Of a stretch of DNA of 49,113 nucleotides, positions 1 through 9,264 are shown piece by piece. A program made the translations under genes and the position numbers. Numbering within the stretch: position 1 is the stretch's first letter; each line of letters starts with the position of its first letter. The notes below the pieces were generated by a model, which had not been told where the DNA came from, made no database searches, and worked only from the letters and a program-made list of their open reading frames with translations. Origin of the DNA: Candidatus Micrarchaeota archaeon (lineage in GTDB: Archaea > Micrarchaeota > Micrarchaeia > Anstonellales > Bilamarchaeaceae); the NCBI GenBank assembly GCA_043816005.1, contig JBDRIM010000073.1, positions 1-49,113 on the forward strand, read 5' to 3'.

Positions 1-287
1 TTATGTTTGAATGTTATACTGTCTGCACCATCCCGTGCAGCTATTCTATATAGATCTTCAAATTTTTCACTATCTCTGAATGTTATTCGTTTAATCAACA
101 CCATTTCTGATTTTGTTGGTCTCCAACTGTGACTGAGAGTAATACTATTCTGTTTTTCATCCTTTTTTGTAGCGACTGGTACTTCTTTAGTGAAATCCGG
201 AAGGGTGTAGTCATCATGTTTTTCAGTGCTTAGGCTGTGTAGTCTGTCATCGGAACTATGCACAAACGAATACTCAACCTTTTTCAT
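1..287 (-). CDS. Hypothetical protein, runs off the left edge of the window
   Basis: Read by hand: ATG at 287 (MKKVEYSFVHSSDDRL...) with GAGGGAG upstream, open to position 1; not in the ORF track because its stop is outside the window. Confidence 0.6.
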   Translation of the reverse strand, partial: MKKVEYSFVHSSDDRLHSLSTEKHDDYTLPDFTKEVPVATKKDEKQNSITLSHSWRPTKSEMVLIKRITFRDSEKFEDLYRIAARDGADSITFKH

Positions 288-395
288 ACTAACTCCCTCG
301 CTTCGCTACTACGTTTATATATTTTATGCCACCAACCATTTTTAAATCTGTGTTACAGTTATTCGAGAGGTGCCCCTTATATCACAGGAGTCAAT

Positions 396-1139
396 CTAGT
401 CGGTTTCTATTCGTGGCGCAAGGTAGTATGTCACTTTGGCTCCATCTAATTCATATTCTAGTTTAAGTGGCCTATCAGTTTCAAGGTTTATGGTAACTAT
501 AGAGCTTGCAGTTGTTGCTTTAACCATATCCTCTAGATATTGCAGTGGAAATGTTGCCCTTGCAGCAGCCCCTGCACTTAATTCAATAACCTCAGTACTT
601 CCTTTATCAAATTCAGCTCTAACGTCGCCATTTTCCCCTCTAACATCAACGATAAACTGTTCTGGAGTGAGTTGTAATCTCACATGTGAACTAATTAGTT
701 TCGCATCCTTCAATGTTTCCTTTATTGCATCTGCCCTTATCTTAGCAATGTTCTGAAACTCTATTTTGGGTTCTCTTTGAACCCTATCACCAGTTTCGAT
801 TAGTGGAATTTTGAATGTTTTTTTATGTTTATCTCCAAAGAATTTTATTACTAGTCTTCCTTCTTCGACTGAAAGTTCAGCTTTTTCACCTTTCTTACCT
901 CGTGCCAAAACACTTGATAATTGGCTAATATCAACCCCCAGCTTTCTTTCCTCTGGAAGATGATATTCCACAAATGCTGCTTTTGGCATTACAAAGGAAA
1001 CCATAGAAATCTGGGATGGGTCCATGGCTTTGAGGTAAAGTCCATCGTTTTTTACTTCAAACTGACCTTCTTCAACTAAACAAACAATTGAATCTATTGC
1101 TGATTTCAAAGCTGGAGCATCTTGCACAACTAGTTTCAT
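396..1139 (-). CDS. pcn: Proliferating cell nuclear antigen (DNA sliding clamp)
   Basis: 247 aa; KAMDPSQISMV and C-terminal YYLAPRIE motifs. Confidence 0.97.
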   Translation of the reverse strand: MKLVVQDAPALKSAIDSIVCLVEEGQFEVKNDGLYLKAMDPSQISMVSFVMPKAAFVEYHLPEERKLGVDISQLSSVLARGKKGEKAELSVEEGRLVIKFFGDKHKKTFKIPLIETGDRVQREPKIEFQNIAKIRADAIKETLKDAKLISSHVRLQLTPEQFIVDVRGENGDVRAEFDKGSTEVIELSAGAAARATFPLQYLEDMVKATTASSIVTINLETDRPLKLEYELDGAKVTYYLAPRIETD

Positions 1140-1215
1140 ATTAATACCTCCCTATCTGATTCCCTTCCTCTCAGTATAAATACGGTGATAAGAAATAAAA
1201 GCATAGGTTTTTTGT

Positions 1216-1333
1216 TTTTTTATTTAATGAAAATGCGTCCAACGCGTTTTGTGGGGGTTCGAAGAGACACCAATCCATTAAATAAAAAGAAACTTAGTGC
1301 GGGGGTTCGGGGGTCTCCCCCGAATTCAACTAA
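1216..1333. repeat. Intergenic cluster of palindromes (REP-like)
   Basis: tatttaatg/cattaaata arms enclosing aaaatgcgt..acgcgtttt; ttcggggg-tct-cccccgaa hairpin at 1306-1324; gggggttcg occurs twice (1253, 1301). Confidence 0.55.
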
Positions 1334-1336
1334 AAA

Positions 1337-1402
1337 GCAACTCAAAAGCTACTCTTCCGGTCATCGCTTTCGCTCTCACTGGGACGGTGATATCATCGTT
1401 GC
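1337..1402 (-). ncRNA. Probable box C/D guide sRNA with degenerate boxes
   Basis: Minus strand: gcaaCGATGA-tatcaccgtccca-GTGA-gagcgaaag-CGATGA-ccggaagagtagctt-TTGA-gttgc; C/D'/C'/D order, terminal gcaac/gttgc stem. Confidence 0.55.
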
Positions 1403-1426
1403 CAAAGATAATTTGAACAGGAGCCA

Positions 1427-2431
1427 TTAAATTTTACACTGTCTCACAATAACCCCCGCTTCTTTCAATAATTTGAGTGGTGCTTCACCAAGTGGATATT
1501 CTACATTGTAAATGACTTCTGAAATACCAGCATTCAAAATCATTTTTGTGCAGATTAAACATGGTGAAAACGTAGTGTAAATTATTGTTCCTTTAATTGA
1601 TATTCCATGATAGGATGCCTGTACAATTGCATTTTCTTCACCATGAGAACAATAACACTCTTCTAAATTTTTACCGCTCTCGGCAAATGAATTGCATCTC
1701 GGACAACCACCTTCATTACAATTTCTTACTCCTCGTGGTGTCCCATTATATCCAGTTGAAATAATTCGTTTATCCTTGACAATTACAGCAGCCACTTTTC
1801 GTTTAATACAATTGCTTCTTGATGCAACAACCTTAGCAATCCTCATAAAATATTCATCCCAACTCGGACGTTCAAATCTGAATTTTTCTGATATCTCACC
1901 AAGCGTCTGATCCACTACATCATAAAGATGCTGTAAATCTCCGTCGTTTGTTATTTTTTTATCTGCTTTACCTACTGCGTCCATTATGGATTGGTGGGTT
2001 GCCTTATCGCTTTTCTTTTCAATATCTTCTATTCTGACAAACGCTTCAAATGTTACTGGATCTCCCTCGCGTTTTCGTACTTTCATTCTTCTGAAACGAA
2101 CATCCGGAGATGCAGTAATATAAAATAAAAAGAAACCTGGCTGTGATTTTAATTCATCAACCTCAGCAGCATTTCTTATAGAATCTACGACGTAATTTTT
2201 GTCATTTTCTGCTTTCAGAAGGATTTTCTTTGCCAAGATGCTAGGACCGAACTGTTCTCGCATCTTATTGCCTTTTTTAATAAGTGTTTCACGTGTGATT
2301 TCGATTCCTTCGCCACTTAATTCCTCTCTAATTACATCAGAAAGAGAAAGATAATAAAATCCTTTTTTTCTCAAATACTCGCAAATAGTACTTTTTCCAG
2401 CGCAATTCTCACCAGTTAATCCAATAATCAT
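1427..2431 (-). CDS. dCMP deaminase fused to an N-terminal P-loop nucleotide kinase-like domain
   Basis: N-terminal GLTGENCAGKST; C-terminal RPSWDEYFM, STGYNG, HGEENA and SPCLIC zinc motifs. Confidence 0.9.
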   Translation of the reverse strand: MIIGLTGENCAGKSTICEYLRKKGFYYLSLSDVIREELSGEGIEITRETLIKKGNKMREQFGPSILAKKILLKAENDKNYVVDSIRNAAEVDELKSQPGFFLFYITASPDVRFRRMKVRKREGDPVTFEAFVRIEDIEKKSDKATHQSIMDAVGKADKKITNDGDLQHLYDVVDQTLGEISEKFRFERPSWDEYFMRIAKVVASRSNCIKRKVAAVIVKDKRIISTGYNGTPRGVRNCNEGGCPRCNSFAESGKNLEECYCSHGEENAIVQASYHGISIKGTIIYTTFSPCLICTKMILNAGISEVIYNVEYPLGEAPLKLLKEAGVIVRQCKI

Positions 2432-2456
2432 ATTTATTGTTTATGTGGAAAGTTAT

Positions 2457-3002
2457 TTAGCTATAACTAGAAGACTCGTGTGTACGTCCAAAACAAAAAT
2501 CCCTTATCGGCAGTAATTGCTGTCCTTTTTGCGATTCTCCAAATCCATATCTCGCATAATAATCCCTAAGTCTTTTATCATCAGGCATGATCTTAACTAC
2601 GGAAATATTCCTATCTAGCGCCAATGCAACAGTTTCAGATAATACTACACCAAAAAAACCACGTCCTGTTGTTTTGGGATGAGGTGCATCATAGAATCCC
2701 GGAGCTCCATTTGTAATGCGTGTAATTTTTGCACATTTTCTTCCTAATCTTATCTGCGCAATTATGTGTAATCTTACAACTATCTCATCTTCGCTTATTG
2801 CACAAGCGACTACGACGCTGGTTGTTCCTCGTTGTTCATGAACAAAAGAGACAAACAACTCTCCTCTGTCATTTCCCCATCTATTTTCTCCTTTTACTAT
2901 CAATCCCTCTGGATTCATAAGTCTTAACTGAAGTTGTTGTTTTGTAGATCTAACTCTAGTTAGTTGCAACACATCTTCTCTTGGTAAAATTATTCGTTCC
3001 AC
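2457..3002 (-). CDS. Hypothetical protein, possible GNAT fold
   Basis: GRGFFG motif A-like and LRDYYARYGF motif B-like segments. Confidence 0.5.
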   Translation of the reverse strand: MERIILPREDVLQLTRVRSTKQQLQLRLMNPEGLIVKGENRWGNDRGELFVSFVHEQRGTTSVVVACAISEDEIVVRLHIIAQIRLGRKCAKITRITNGAPGFYDAPHPKTTGRGFFGVVLSETVALALDRNISVVKIMPDDKRLRDYYARYGFGESQKGQQLLPIRDFCFGRTHESSSYS

Positions 3003-3039
3003 ATACCTATACTATGTGGTAATAAATAAAAATATACGT

Positions 3040-4785
3040 TTAGAAATATCTTCTCAACATTTTCTTAATCTCTTCAAAAAGAACTTTTTCATGGTCATTT
3101 AACATTGAAATTTGTGCATCCCATTTTTTTATTTCATCTTCGTTCATATAACTATAAAGTATTTCTCCTGCAAATACATTTTTTCCAATGGTTATCCCAT
3201 CACATGATATAGCAAGTTGATCTCCAACTCCGGCCTCGTCAACTTTTTCTTTTTCCTTTTGTATCTCCCTAATTTCACCAACTAAGTCACCATTTTTATT
3301 CATAACCCGGTAATTTTTCTTTACTCTTCCTGCCAGAACTTCAACACCAAAAATAGCTGGTTTTGATGCACGGAAAATGTAGCCATCCAAAACCTTAATC
3401 TTACCTGGCCAAACTACTTTTTCAAGTGCATATTTCTTTATCTCATCCTTTTCATTCTTTACCCATTCAGTATATTGATCTATCAATCGATAAATAATAT
3501 TGCTATAAATTATTTTTATTTTGCTGTTTTGTGCTTCTTCGTTTGCCTCATCAAGTATTTTGACATTAAAACCTAGGACAACACCGAGAAAAGGTTCATT
3601 CAGTGCAACTGCTGATGCGGCAAGCACATCCTTCCTAGTTATATTTCCAACTGCGGCATCACGCACATTTATCCCAACGTCTCTGAGTAATCTTAGGAGT
3701 GCTTCAACGGATCCAAGGCTATCAGCCCTTAATATTACGCCATCTTCCCCAGTTTTTTGAAAAATTACACTTTTGAACTGTGCTTCTATTGCTTTTTTAT
3801 CTCTCTCAAAATCCTCAACAACTTCTATTGGTGAACCCGGTATTGCTCCTTCTAAATCAGATGCATAAATTTTTACCCCTGCCGCAGCTACGACATCATC
3901 AACAAAAACAAATTTGTCTTTACCGCCCAAATTAGGTTCAAGCAATCCACGCACTTTGGTTCGTGCGATTCCATTTGAACTCATAAAAATAATGTCGTCG
4001 TTTTTTCTTAATATCCCCTCATAAATAATAACATCTATTGTCGTTCCAAGCCCTTTCTCTTCCTTAACTTCAATTATACTTCCCTTTCCTCTTCCATTCT
4101 CATCTATAAGGAGTTCATCACCAAGGAATTTTTGGCTTAATCCACCTATAAGAACAAGAAGTTCGCTTAATCCTTCTTTTGTTTTAGCGCTTATCGGAAG
4201 AATGGCAATGTGTTTTGTAAAATCATTTATTCTGTCAAATCTGTCACTATCAAAACCATATTCTGAAATTTTCCCCATAATATCGTATAATTTTTCGTCC
4301 AATCTTGTTTGGATATGTTCTGGTTGCCTTGCTAAAGCTTCGAGAAATGATGTTGTTTTTACTGTTTTCCAACCATTTATGGCATCAATCTTATTTGCTG
4401 CAATAACAAATGGTGTTTTGTATTGTTTAAGTATTTTTATACTTTCAATTGTTTGAGGTTGAAATCCACTATTTACATCAATAACTAGAATCACTAAATC
4501 AGCTAAACTCCCCCCTCTATCTCTTAAGTTTGTAAATGCCTCGTGACCTGGTGTATCTATAAACAAAAGACCTGGTATTGTTAAATTCACCTTCATCTTT
4601 TGTGCCAGATCAGTTGCAATTTTGTCTATGTCCTCTTTTGATACATAACTAGCTCCTATCATCTGCGTTATTCCGCCTGCTTCTTTTTTTGCAACTACAG
4701 TACCGCGAACCGAATCAAGGAGAGTTGTTTTGCCGTGGTCTACATGGCCTAAAATACATATTATTGGTGAGCGTTTGAATTTCAT
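3040..4785 (-). CDS. infB: Translation initiation factor aIF5B (IF-2)
   Basis: [27 protein letters not shown] motifs. Confidence 0.97.
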   Translation of the reverse strand: MKFKRSPIICILGHVDHGKTTLLDSVRGTVVAKKEAGGITQMIGASYVSKEDIDKIATDLAQKMKVNLTIPGLLFIDTPGHEAFTNLRDRGGSLADLVILVIDVNSGFQPQTIESIKILKQYKTPFVIAANKIDAINGWKTVKTTSFLEALARQPEHIQTRLDEKLYDIMGKISEYGFDSDRFDRINDFTKHIAILPISAKTKEGLSELLVLIGGLSQKFLGDELLIDENGRGKGSIIEVKEEKGLGTTIDVIIYEGILRKNDDIIFMSSNGIARTKVRGLLEPNLGGKDKFVFVDDVVAAAGVKIYASDLEGAIPGSPIEVVEDFERDKKAIEAQFKSVIFQKTGEDGVILRADSLGSVEALLRLLRDVGINVRDAAVGNITRKDVLAASAVALNEPFLGVVLGFNVKILDEANEEAQNSKIKIIYSNIIYRLIDQYTEWVKNEKDEIKKYALEKVVWPGKIKVLDGYIFRASKPAIFGVEVLAGRVKKNYRVMNKNGDLVGEIREIQKEKEKVDEAGVGDQLAISCDGITIGKNVFAGEILYSYMNEDEIKKWDAQISMLNDHEKVLFEEIKKMLRRYF

Positions 4786-4914
4786 CTAAAACACCTAGAA
4801 GTTGTGATGGTTACTACTTTTGGTCCCTAGTATTCAAATTCCTTTCTCATCCATATATACTCCCTGATTTACCATAAACACACACATTTATAAACACTTT
4901 TAACCATAATAAAT

Positions 4915-6927
4915 TTGGTGATATTGATTACTGCCCAGCAGCAAATAAGGCCACCGACCATGAGAGAACATGTAAAAGCATGTGGTGGTTTTGGTAGCTA
5001 TCTAAAAGAAAGCCGAGCAATCTCAAGGTTAGAAGATATGCTGCGCTATCCAACTACCCACCCAGGCCAAGAGGGCCAAGAAGTTTTTAGAGAAGGAATG
5101 CGTCTTTTTTCTGGTCTTACACCTGTTGGTAAAGAAAAAGTTATGTTAGAACTGGCACATGACCTCAAGTCCATCCGTTCTTATCCATTTGATTCACCAG
5201 AAGCAACAAGAAAACTAACTACGCTGGCGAATTTTTTTACTGAGGCTACAGAATTACTTCCAAAAGATGAACAAGGTGATATATGTAATGGGCCACACAT
5301 TCCTGCCATCACATCAATAAAAGATCTTTTTGAAGCAGATTCATTTTACGATCATACCAATCCTGAACACGTTGCTGCCAAAGAAGCCTGTCTTAAAGCA
5401 CTTTGGAATCTTGGTTATGGTTATATTGGTTTTTGGGAGCCGATTCTATTAGCTAATGATACTGTTTCAAAACAATGCACTGTTGATATGTGGCTTAATG
5501 AACCAATAAAAAATGAAGTGCCATTTGAGGAACATCCATGGTCTCTTCTAAGAAAACATTTTGATTCAATTAGTCAAGAGCTTTTACAATCCAAGTCACC
5601 AAAGAAATTTGAATTTTTCCAAAGAATGCTTTTTGATGAAGACCAATCCGTAGTTAAAAAAACACTCCAACTACTTGTATATTCAACTGATTTACCAGAA
5701 CATTTCTTTAGGCTTGCCCAGGATATTTCAAGAACATATCCAGATTTGGCACCACAAGGAAATTTACTTCACGCTATAATTGAGTGTAGGAACAAATTAT
5801 CTGAAGTAGGTGATGGACAATATTCAGCTGCACTCCAATTACTTGCATTTTATCAACGCGGATTATCCTATCTTGGGCCAATGCTTCAAGAAGCAGGAGC
5901 AGAAATGCTTTCAAATTATCATGAACCAAACTCCACAGTTTCAGATGATCCTGCTGAAAGAATATCCACATTAGCTATGGTGGGTATTAAAATCCCAGGT
6001 TCAAGGCTATCTTCAGTACCAGTTGAATCACAGCCAGATTTAGAAGCACATAGAGGTGCAGATGTTGAAGAGTTATGGCAATTGAGCATTCAAGAATTAA
6101 ATATACTAAGTCGTATGATTTGGGCAGGTCGTAACACAGTATCAGCAGATGAAGAACAAGAACTTGAAGCAATAGGTGCAGTTGCATTAGTAAAAATAAA
6201 ACAAATAGAAGAACAAAGAAAAGCATTGAATGTTCTTGTACAAATTACGCAAGCTGGTATTTCGATAGATGGATTTAGATTGAATATTGTTACACCTGGA
6301 GGGACTCAAGAACAGAATAGTGAAAATCCGCTATATGCATATATCGGTGCATCTGCTGATGTATTACAAACTCTTAATTTTGCTCAATTAAAAGAACTTA
6401 ATGAAATTGTTTGTTCTATCAAGCCCAGAAGTGAAGACGAGCTTATTGAATTGGATAAAATCGCATCAGTTGCAACCAGAAAACTCGAACAATCTGGAAT
6501 ATTTAATGGTCTTCGTACAAGGTCGGGTCCAATAGATTCACCACCAGCATGGCTTATGGAAGGTACAAGAGGTTCACCACTTAGATTCTCGAGATATCTT
6601 TTTGCTGATGGAAACAAGGTTATTTCCGGTGAATTTTCTTTCACATCTAAGTTTTTACGTGTTCCTTGGATGGAAGACTCAAAATCATGGCTAACTGATT
6701 ATTTATATCAAATACACTCACATCGTCTTCGCCAAGTTGGTGTTCTACTGAGGCAAATCGAAGAACCATTTCAATTATTGGCAGATCTTGACCATGAAGA
6801 ATTAGTTACATTAAGAGAATTTGTTTCTGGAAACCTTCCAGTCGGAACTCTCCCAGAATCAGAACAATTGTCTATGGGTAAACTCATATCGGCTACAATG
6901 CTGAAACTTTACCAAAGATTCTCATAA
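4915..6927 (+). CDS. Large helical hypothetical protein with internal C-terminal repeats
   Basis: 670-aa ORF, TATA (tttataaa) upstream; no recognised family; start codon uncertain. Confidence 0.7.
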   Translation: MVILITAQQQIRPPTMREHVKACGGFGSYLKESRAISRLEDMLRYPTTHPGQEGQEVFREGMRLFSGLTPVGKEKVMLELAHDLKSIRSYPFDSPEATRKLTTLANFFTEATELLPKDEQGDICNGPHIPAITSIKDLFEADSFYDHTNPEHVAAKEACLKALWNLGYGYIGFWEPILLANDTVSKQCTVDMWLNEPIKNEVPFEEHPWSLLRKHFDSISQELLQSKSPKKFEFFQRMLFDEDQSVVKKTLQLLVYSTDLPEHFFRLAQDISRTYPDLAPQGNLLHAIIECRNKLSEVGDGQYSAALQLLAFYQRGLSYLGPMLQEAGAEMLSNYHEPNSTVSDDPAERISTLAMVGIKIPGSRLSSVPVESQPDLEAHRGADVEELWQLSIQELNILSRMIWAGRNTVSADEEQELEAIGAVALVKIKQIEEQRKALNVLVQITQAGISIDGFRLNIVTPGGTQEQNSENPLYAYIGASADVLQTLNFAQLKELNEIVCSIKPRSEDELIELDKIASVATRKLEQSGIFNGLRTRSGPIDSPPAWLMEGTRGSPLRFSRYLFADGNKVISGEFSFTSKFLRVPWMEDSKSWLTDYLYQIHSHRLRQVGVLLRQIEEPFQLLADLDHEELVTLREFVSGNLPVGTLPESEQLSMGKLISATMLKLYQRFS

Positions 6928-6936
6928 AGTGATCTT

Positions 6937-7173
6937 ATGAATGATACAATTGCATTTTTGATAAAAAAACTTTCTAGTAAAAGTGTTATGGAAAGGAAGG
7001 AAGCAATAAAAGAACTTAAGCACCATGTCCAGAGTTCAGGAAATCACCTGGCAAGATTATCATTAGATTATATCTCAGAACATGATCCTTCTTATACAGT
7101 AAGAAATCTGGCAAAACAGGCACTATCCTCTCAAATAAAACAACCTGTATGGGAACGTACTCATCTCTTCTGA
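6937..7173 (+). CDS. Small HEAT-repeat-like protein
   Basis: ERKEAIKEL and DPSYTVRNLAKQAL patterns. Confidence 0.65.
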   Translation: MNDTIAFLIKKLSSKSVMERKEAIKELKHHVQSSGNHLARLSLDYISEHDPSYTVRNLAKQALSSQIKQPVWERTHLF

Positions 7174-7181
7174 CTAAAAGA

Positions 7182-7193
7182 TATTATATAAAA
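7182..7193 (+). promoter_or_regulatory. TATA box of tRNA-Val
   Basis: tattatataaaa about 30 nt upstream of tRNA G1. Confidence 0.65.
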
Positions 7194-7220
7194 TCTATTG
7201 GAACATCATTCTGCTACTAT

Positions 7221-7559
7221 GGGCTCGTAGTCGATTCCGACTTTTTGGAAAAAAGTCGGCCAAAAACTTTTTGGTTAAACGACAATGGTAAGACGCCTGC
7301 TTGACATTTTCACCGTTTAGAAAACAACAATGTCGTGATACGACATTGTGCCCATAAAAACGAAAAATCGTTTTTATAGAGGGGTGAAACCAAAACGGTC
7401 TGTAAATGGCCGATCAAAAACATTTGGAAAGAGAGTTTTGATGCACATAATTGTTCGATCTCTCGAACAATTTGCGTCTTGAACGATTCATCGTTCAAGT
7501 ACGACTTTTTCCAAAAGTTGCAATGCAGGAGATACGCGGTCCGATTCCGCGCGGGCCCA
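7221..7559 (+). tRNA. tRNA-Val(GAC) with two introns (predicted 15/16 at 7236-7285; 37/38 at 7307-7523)
   Basis: Acceptor GGGCTCG/CGGGCCC-A; D stem GTC/GAC; anticodon arm CCTGC-TT-GAC-A^T-GCAGG; T arm CGCGG-TCCGATT-CCGCG; joined exons give 72 nt. Confidence 0.88.
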
Positions 7560-7573
7560 AATCTTTTTTTATT

Positions 7574-8485
7574 TTATAAATACTCAAATCCTCCCCTTCT
7601 AAATCCACTCTCAATAATTCCCATGAGCATTTTATCACTAAAAGTTGCATCTCCATAGTGTGGAAGATGATCCTTTCTCAAAGGAATTCTTCTTGCTCCT
7701 TCTCCTTCCAGGTATACTGCTGTTAAGGCAGGTATTGAAGGCGGAAATACTGATACTGGTACTGTGATTGTACTAAGTGGTCTTCCTAAACCTTCACGGT
7801 TAACATCTTGCACTGCTTCTTTCCATTCTTGTTGAGAAAACCCAGCCAAAAGTGAATGCATAAAATCTTCATCATTTGCTGGTATTCCAGTTGGGCTTAA
7901 TTTTACAATACGCTCTGCAAGTTCTCTTGTTGGTGGTCGTACAAAATCAACAAGCAAAACTGCACCGCTTGGTGAAACATGCCATAGCATATTCATAAGT
8001 AATCTTCTCAATGCTTCTGGATCCTGAAGGTGGTGTGCTAAAAATAATGAAATACTCGCTGCATTTTTGTTTGCTGTAGATAACTTTACAATTGTAGCAT
8101 CACCATGAACGATAGTTATCATACTGTCTCTATGTGCATCTACAATGTTTTTTCGTGCTTTTGCAATCATTTCTGGTCCTAGTTCTATTGCCGTGATATC
8201 TAAATTTCCCATTGTTCGTGATAACATAATATCTAAATTAGCCGGACCACAACCAAAGTCAGCTACAAACCCTCCACCATCCTTTGGCAGGAGAGCCGAA
8301 AGCATGCGTATAAAAGTCCAATATGTTCTTCTAATAGTTCTGCGTCCTGCTTCGTCAAAAGCATCTACACTTGTAGTACTTCTCATAACTGGTTCTGGTT
8401 CAATAATACGTCTGAATTCCTTACAGTCGCGTACTGCTGTTTTGTAAGCATGTGCTAATCTAATAGCTTGAATCGGATTTGTCAT
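7574..8485 (-). CDS. Class I SAM-dependent methyltransferase
   Basis: VADFGCGPA motif I, IELGPEM, HGDA, AHHLQDP; ORF track start 8497, ATG 8485 more likely. Confidence 0.85.
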   Translation of the reverse strand: MTNPIQAIRLAHAYKTAVRDCKEFRRIIEPEPVMRSTTSVDAFDEAGRRTIRRTYWTFIRMLSALLPKDGGGFVADFGCGPANLDIMLSRTMGNLDITAIELGPEMIAKARKNIVDAHRDSMITIVHGDATIVKLSTANKNAASISLFLAHHLQDPEALRRLLMNMLWHVSPSGAVLLVDFVRPPTRELAERIVKLSPTGIPANDEDFMHSLLAGFSQQEWKEAVQDVNREGLGRPLSTITVPVSVFPPSIPALTAVYLEGEGARRIPLRKDHLPHYGDATFSDKMLMGIIESGFRRGGFEYL

Positions 8486-8545
8486 ATACCCACCCAATAC
8501 TATTAATTATCACATATATTTAAATCACTAGTGGCGGGTATGTAC

Positions 8546-8854
8546 TCATTTCTTAGTTACTTTTTCTTCCCTAAGAACAATTTTTACTATTAAGAAAACC
8601 ACACCTGCTATTATCACAAAATTAACTACGGCACCGATAAAAAGTCCTAATTGTATACTGCTTTGTTCAGTTAGTGTAATCACTATCTCTTCATATTTTA
8701 TTCCTGGTGTCAAAACTGCTACAATTGGCATTATTATATAGTCTACAAGTGCTTTGACAAGGGTTGTTGCAGCAGCTCCCATTATGAATGCAATTGCAAG
8801 CCCGGCCACTTTATATTCCATTAAAAAATCTTTAAATTCAATTAGAAACGTCAT
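8546..8854 (-). CDS. mscL: MscL-family large-conductance mechanosensitive channel
   Basis: EFKDFL...LAIAFIMGAA...ALVDYIIMP and GLFIGAVVNFVIIA. Confidence 0.85.
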   Translation of the reverse strand: MTFLIEFKDFLMEYKVAGLAIAFIMGAAATTLVKALVDYIIMPIVAVLTPGIKYEEIVITLTEQSSIQLGLFIGAVVNFVIIAGVVFLIVKIVLREEKVTKK

Positions 8855-8961
8855 ATAGTGTTATCGCACATGTATTTTTCTTATTTTTGGTTTACTTATA
8901 TTGTGTGATATTATGACTGATAATAAAATGCGGCCAGGCGGAACATATTTTATGAACACAA

Positions 8962-9264
8962 ATGATTCAACAATACAAAATCCAATTCAATAATGTCTCT
9001 GGTGGGAGTAGAGCGAGTTTTGATGATTCATCCGTAAAAATTTTCAGGTTGACTGAGTTTGGAGGACAAAAGGAAGCTAGTTTATTATCTCTTATCCCAC
9101 AAGAGGTCGAGATCATCAGACGTGCGCTTCAACAATCTGTTCTTGCGAATCCTAGTGGAACAAAACTATCCAAACCAGAGATGGCTGCTGCTTTGTCATC
9201 ATTTGATAGGCAATTACAATCATCAAAACCACAACAAAATAAAGAAGCCGGATTGCTCAGATAA
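8962..9264 (+). CDS. Hypothetical protein
   Basis: 100-aa ORF filling the gap between mscL and pyrG; no motif recognised. Confidence 0.5.
   Translation: MIQQYKIQFNNVSGGSRASFDDSSVKIFRLTEFGGQKEASLLSLIPQEVEIIRRALQQSVLANPSGTKLSKPEMAAALSSFDRQLQSSKPQQNKEAGLLR

Noticed and set aside
1185..1430. 81-aa ORF, or a tRNA fragment (gggggttcgaa resembles a T arm)
   Set aside because: ORF overlaps palindromes and a likely sRNA; no cloverleaf could be assembled on either strand
7310..7498. 62-aa ORF in the tRNA intron as a homing endonuclease
   Set aside because: Antisense, short, no LAGLIDADG/HNH motif; explained by hairpin sequence
4915..8497. Integrated element at tRNA-Val
   Set aside because: No integrase and no duplicated tRNA end (att site) seen in the window
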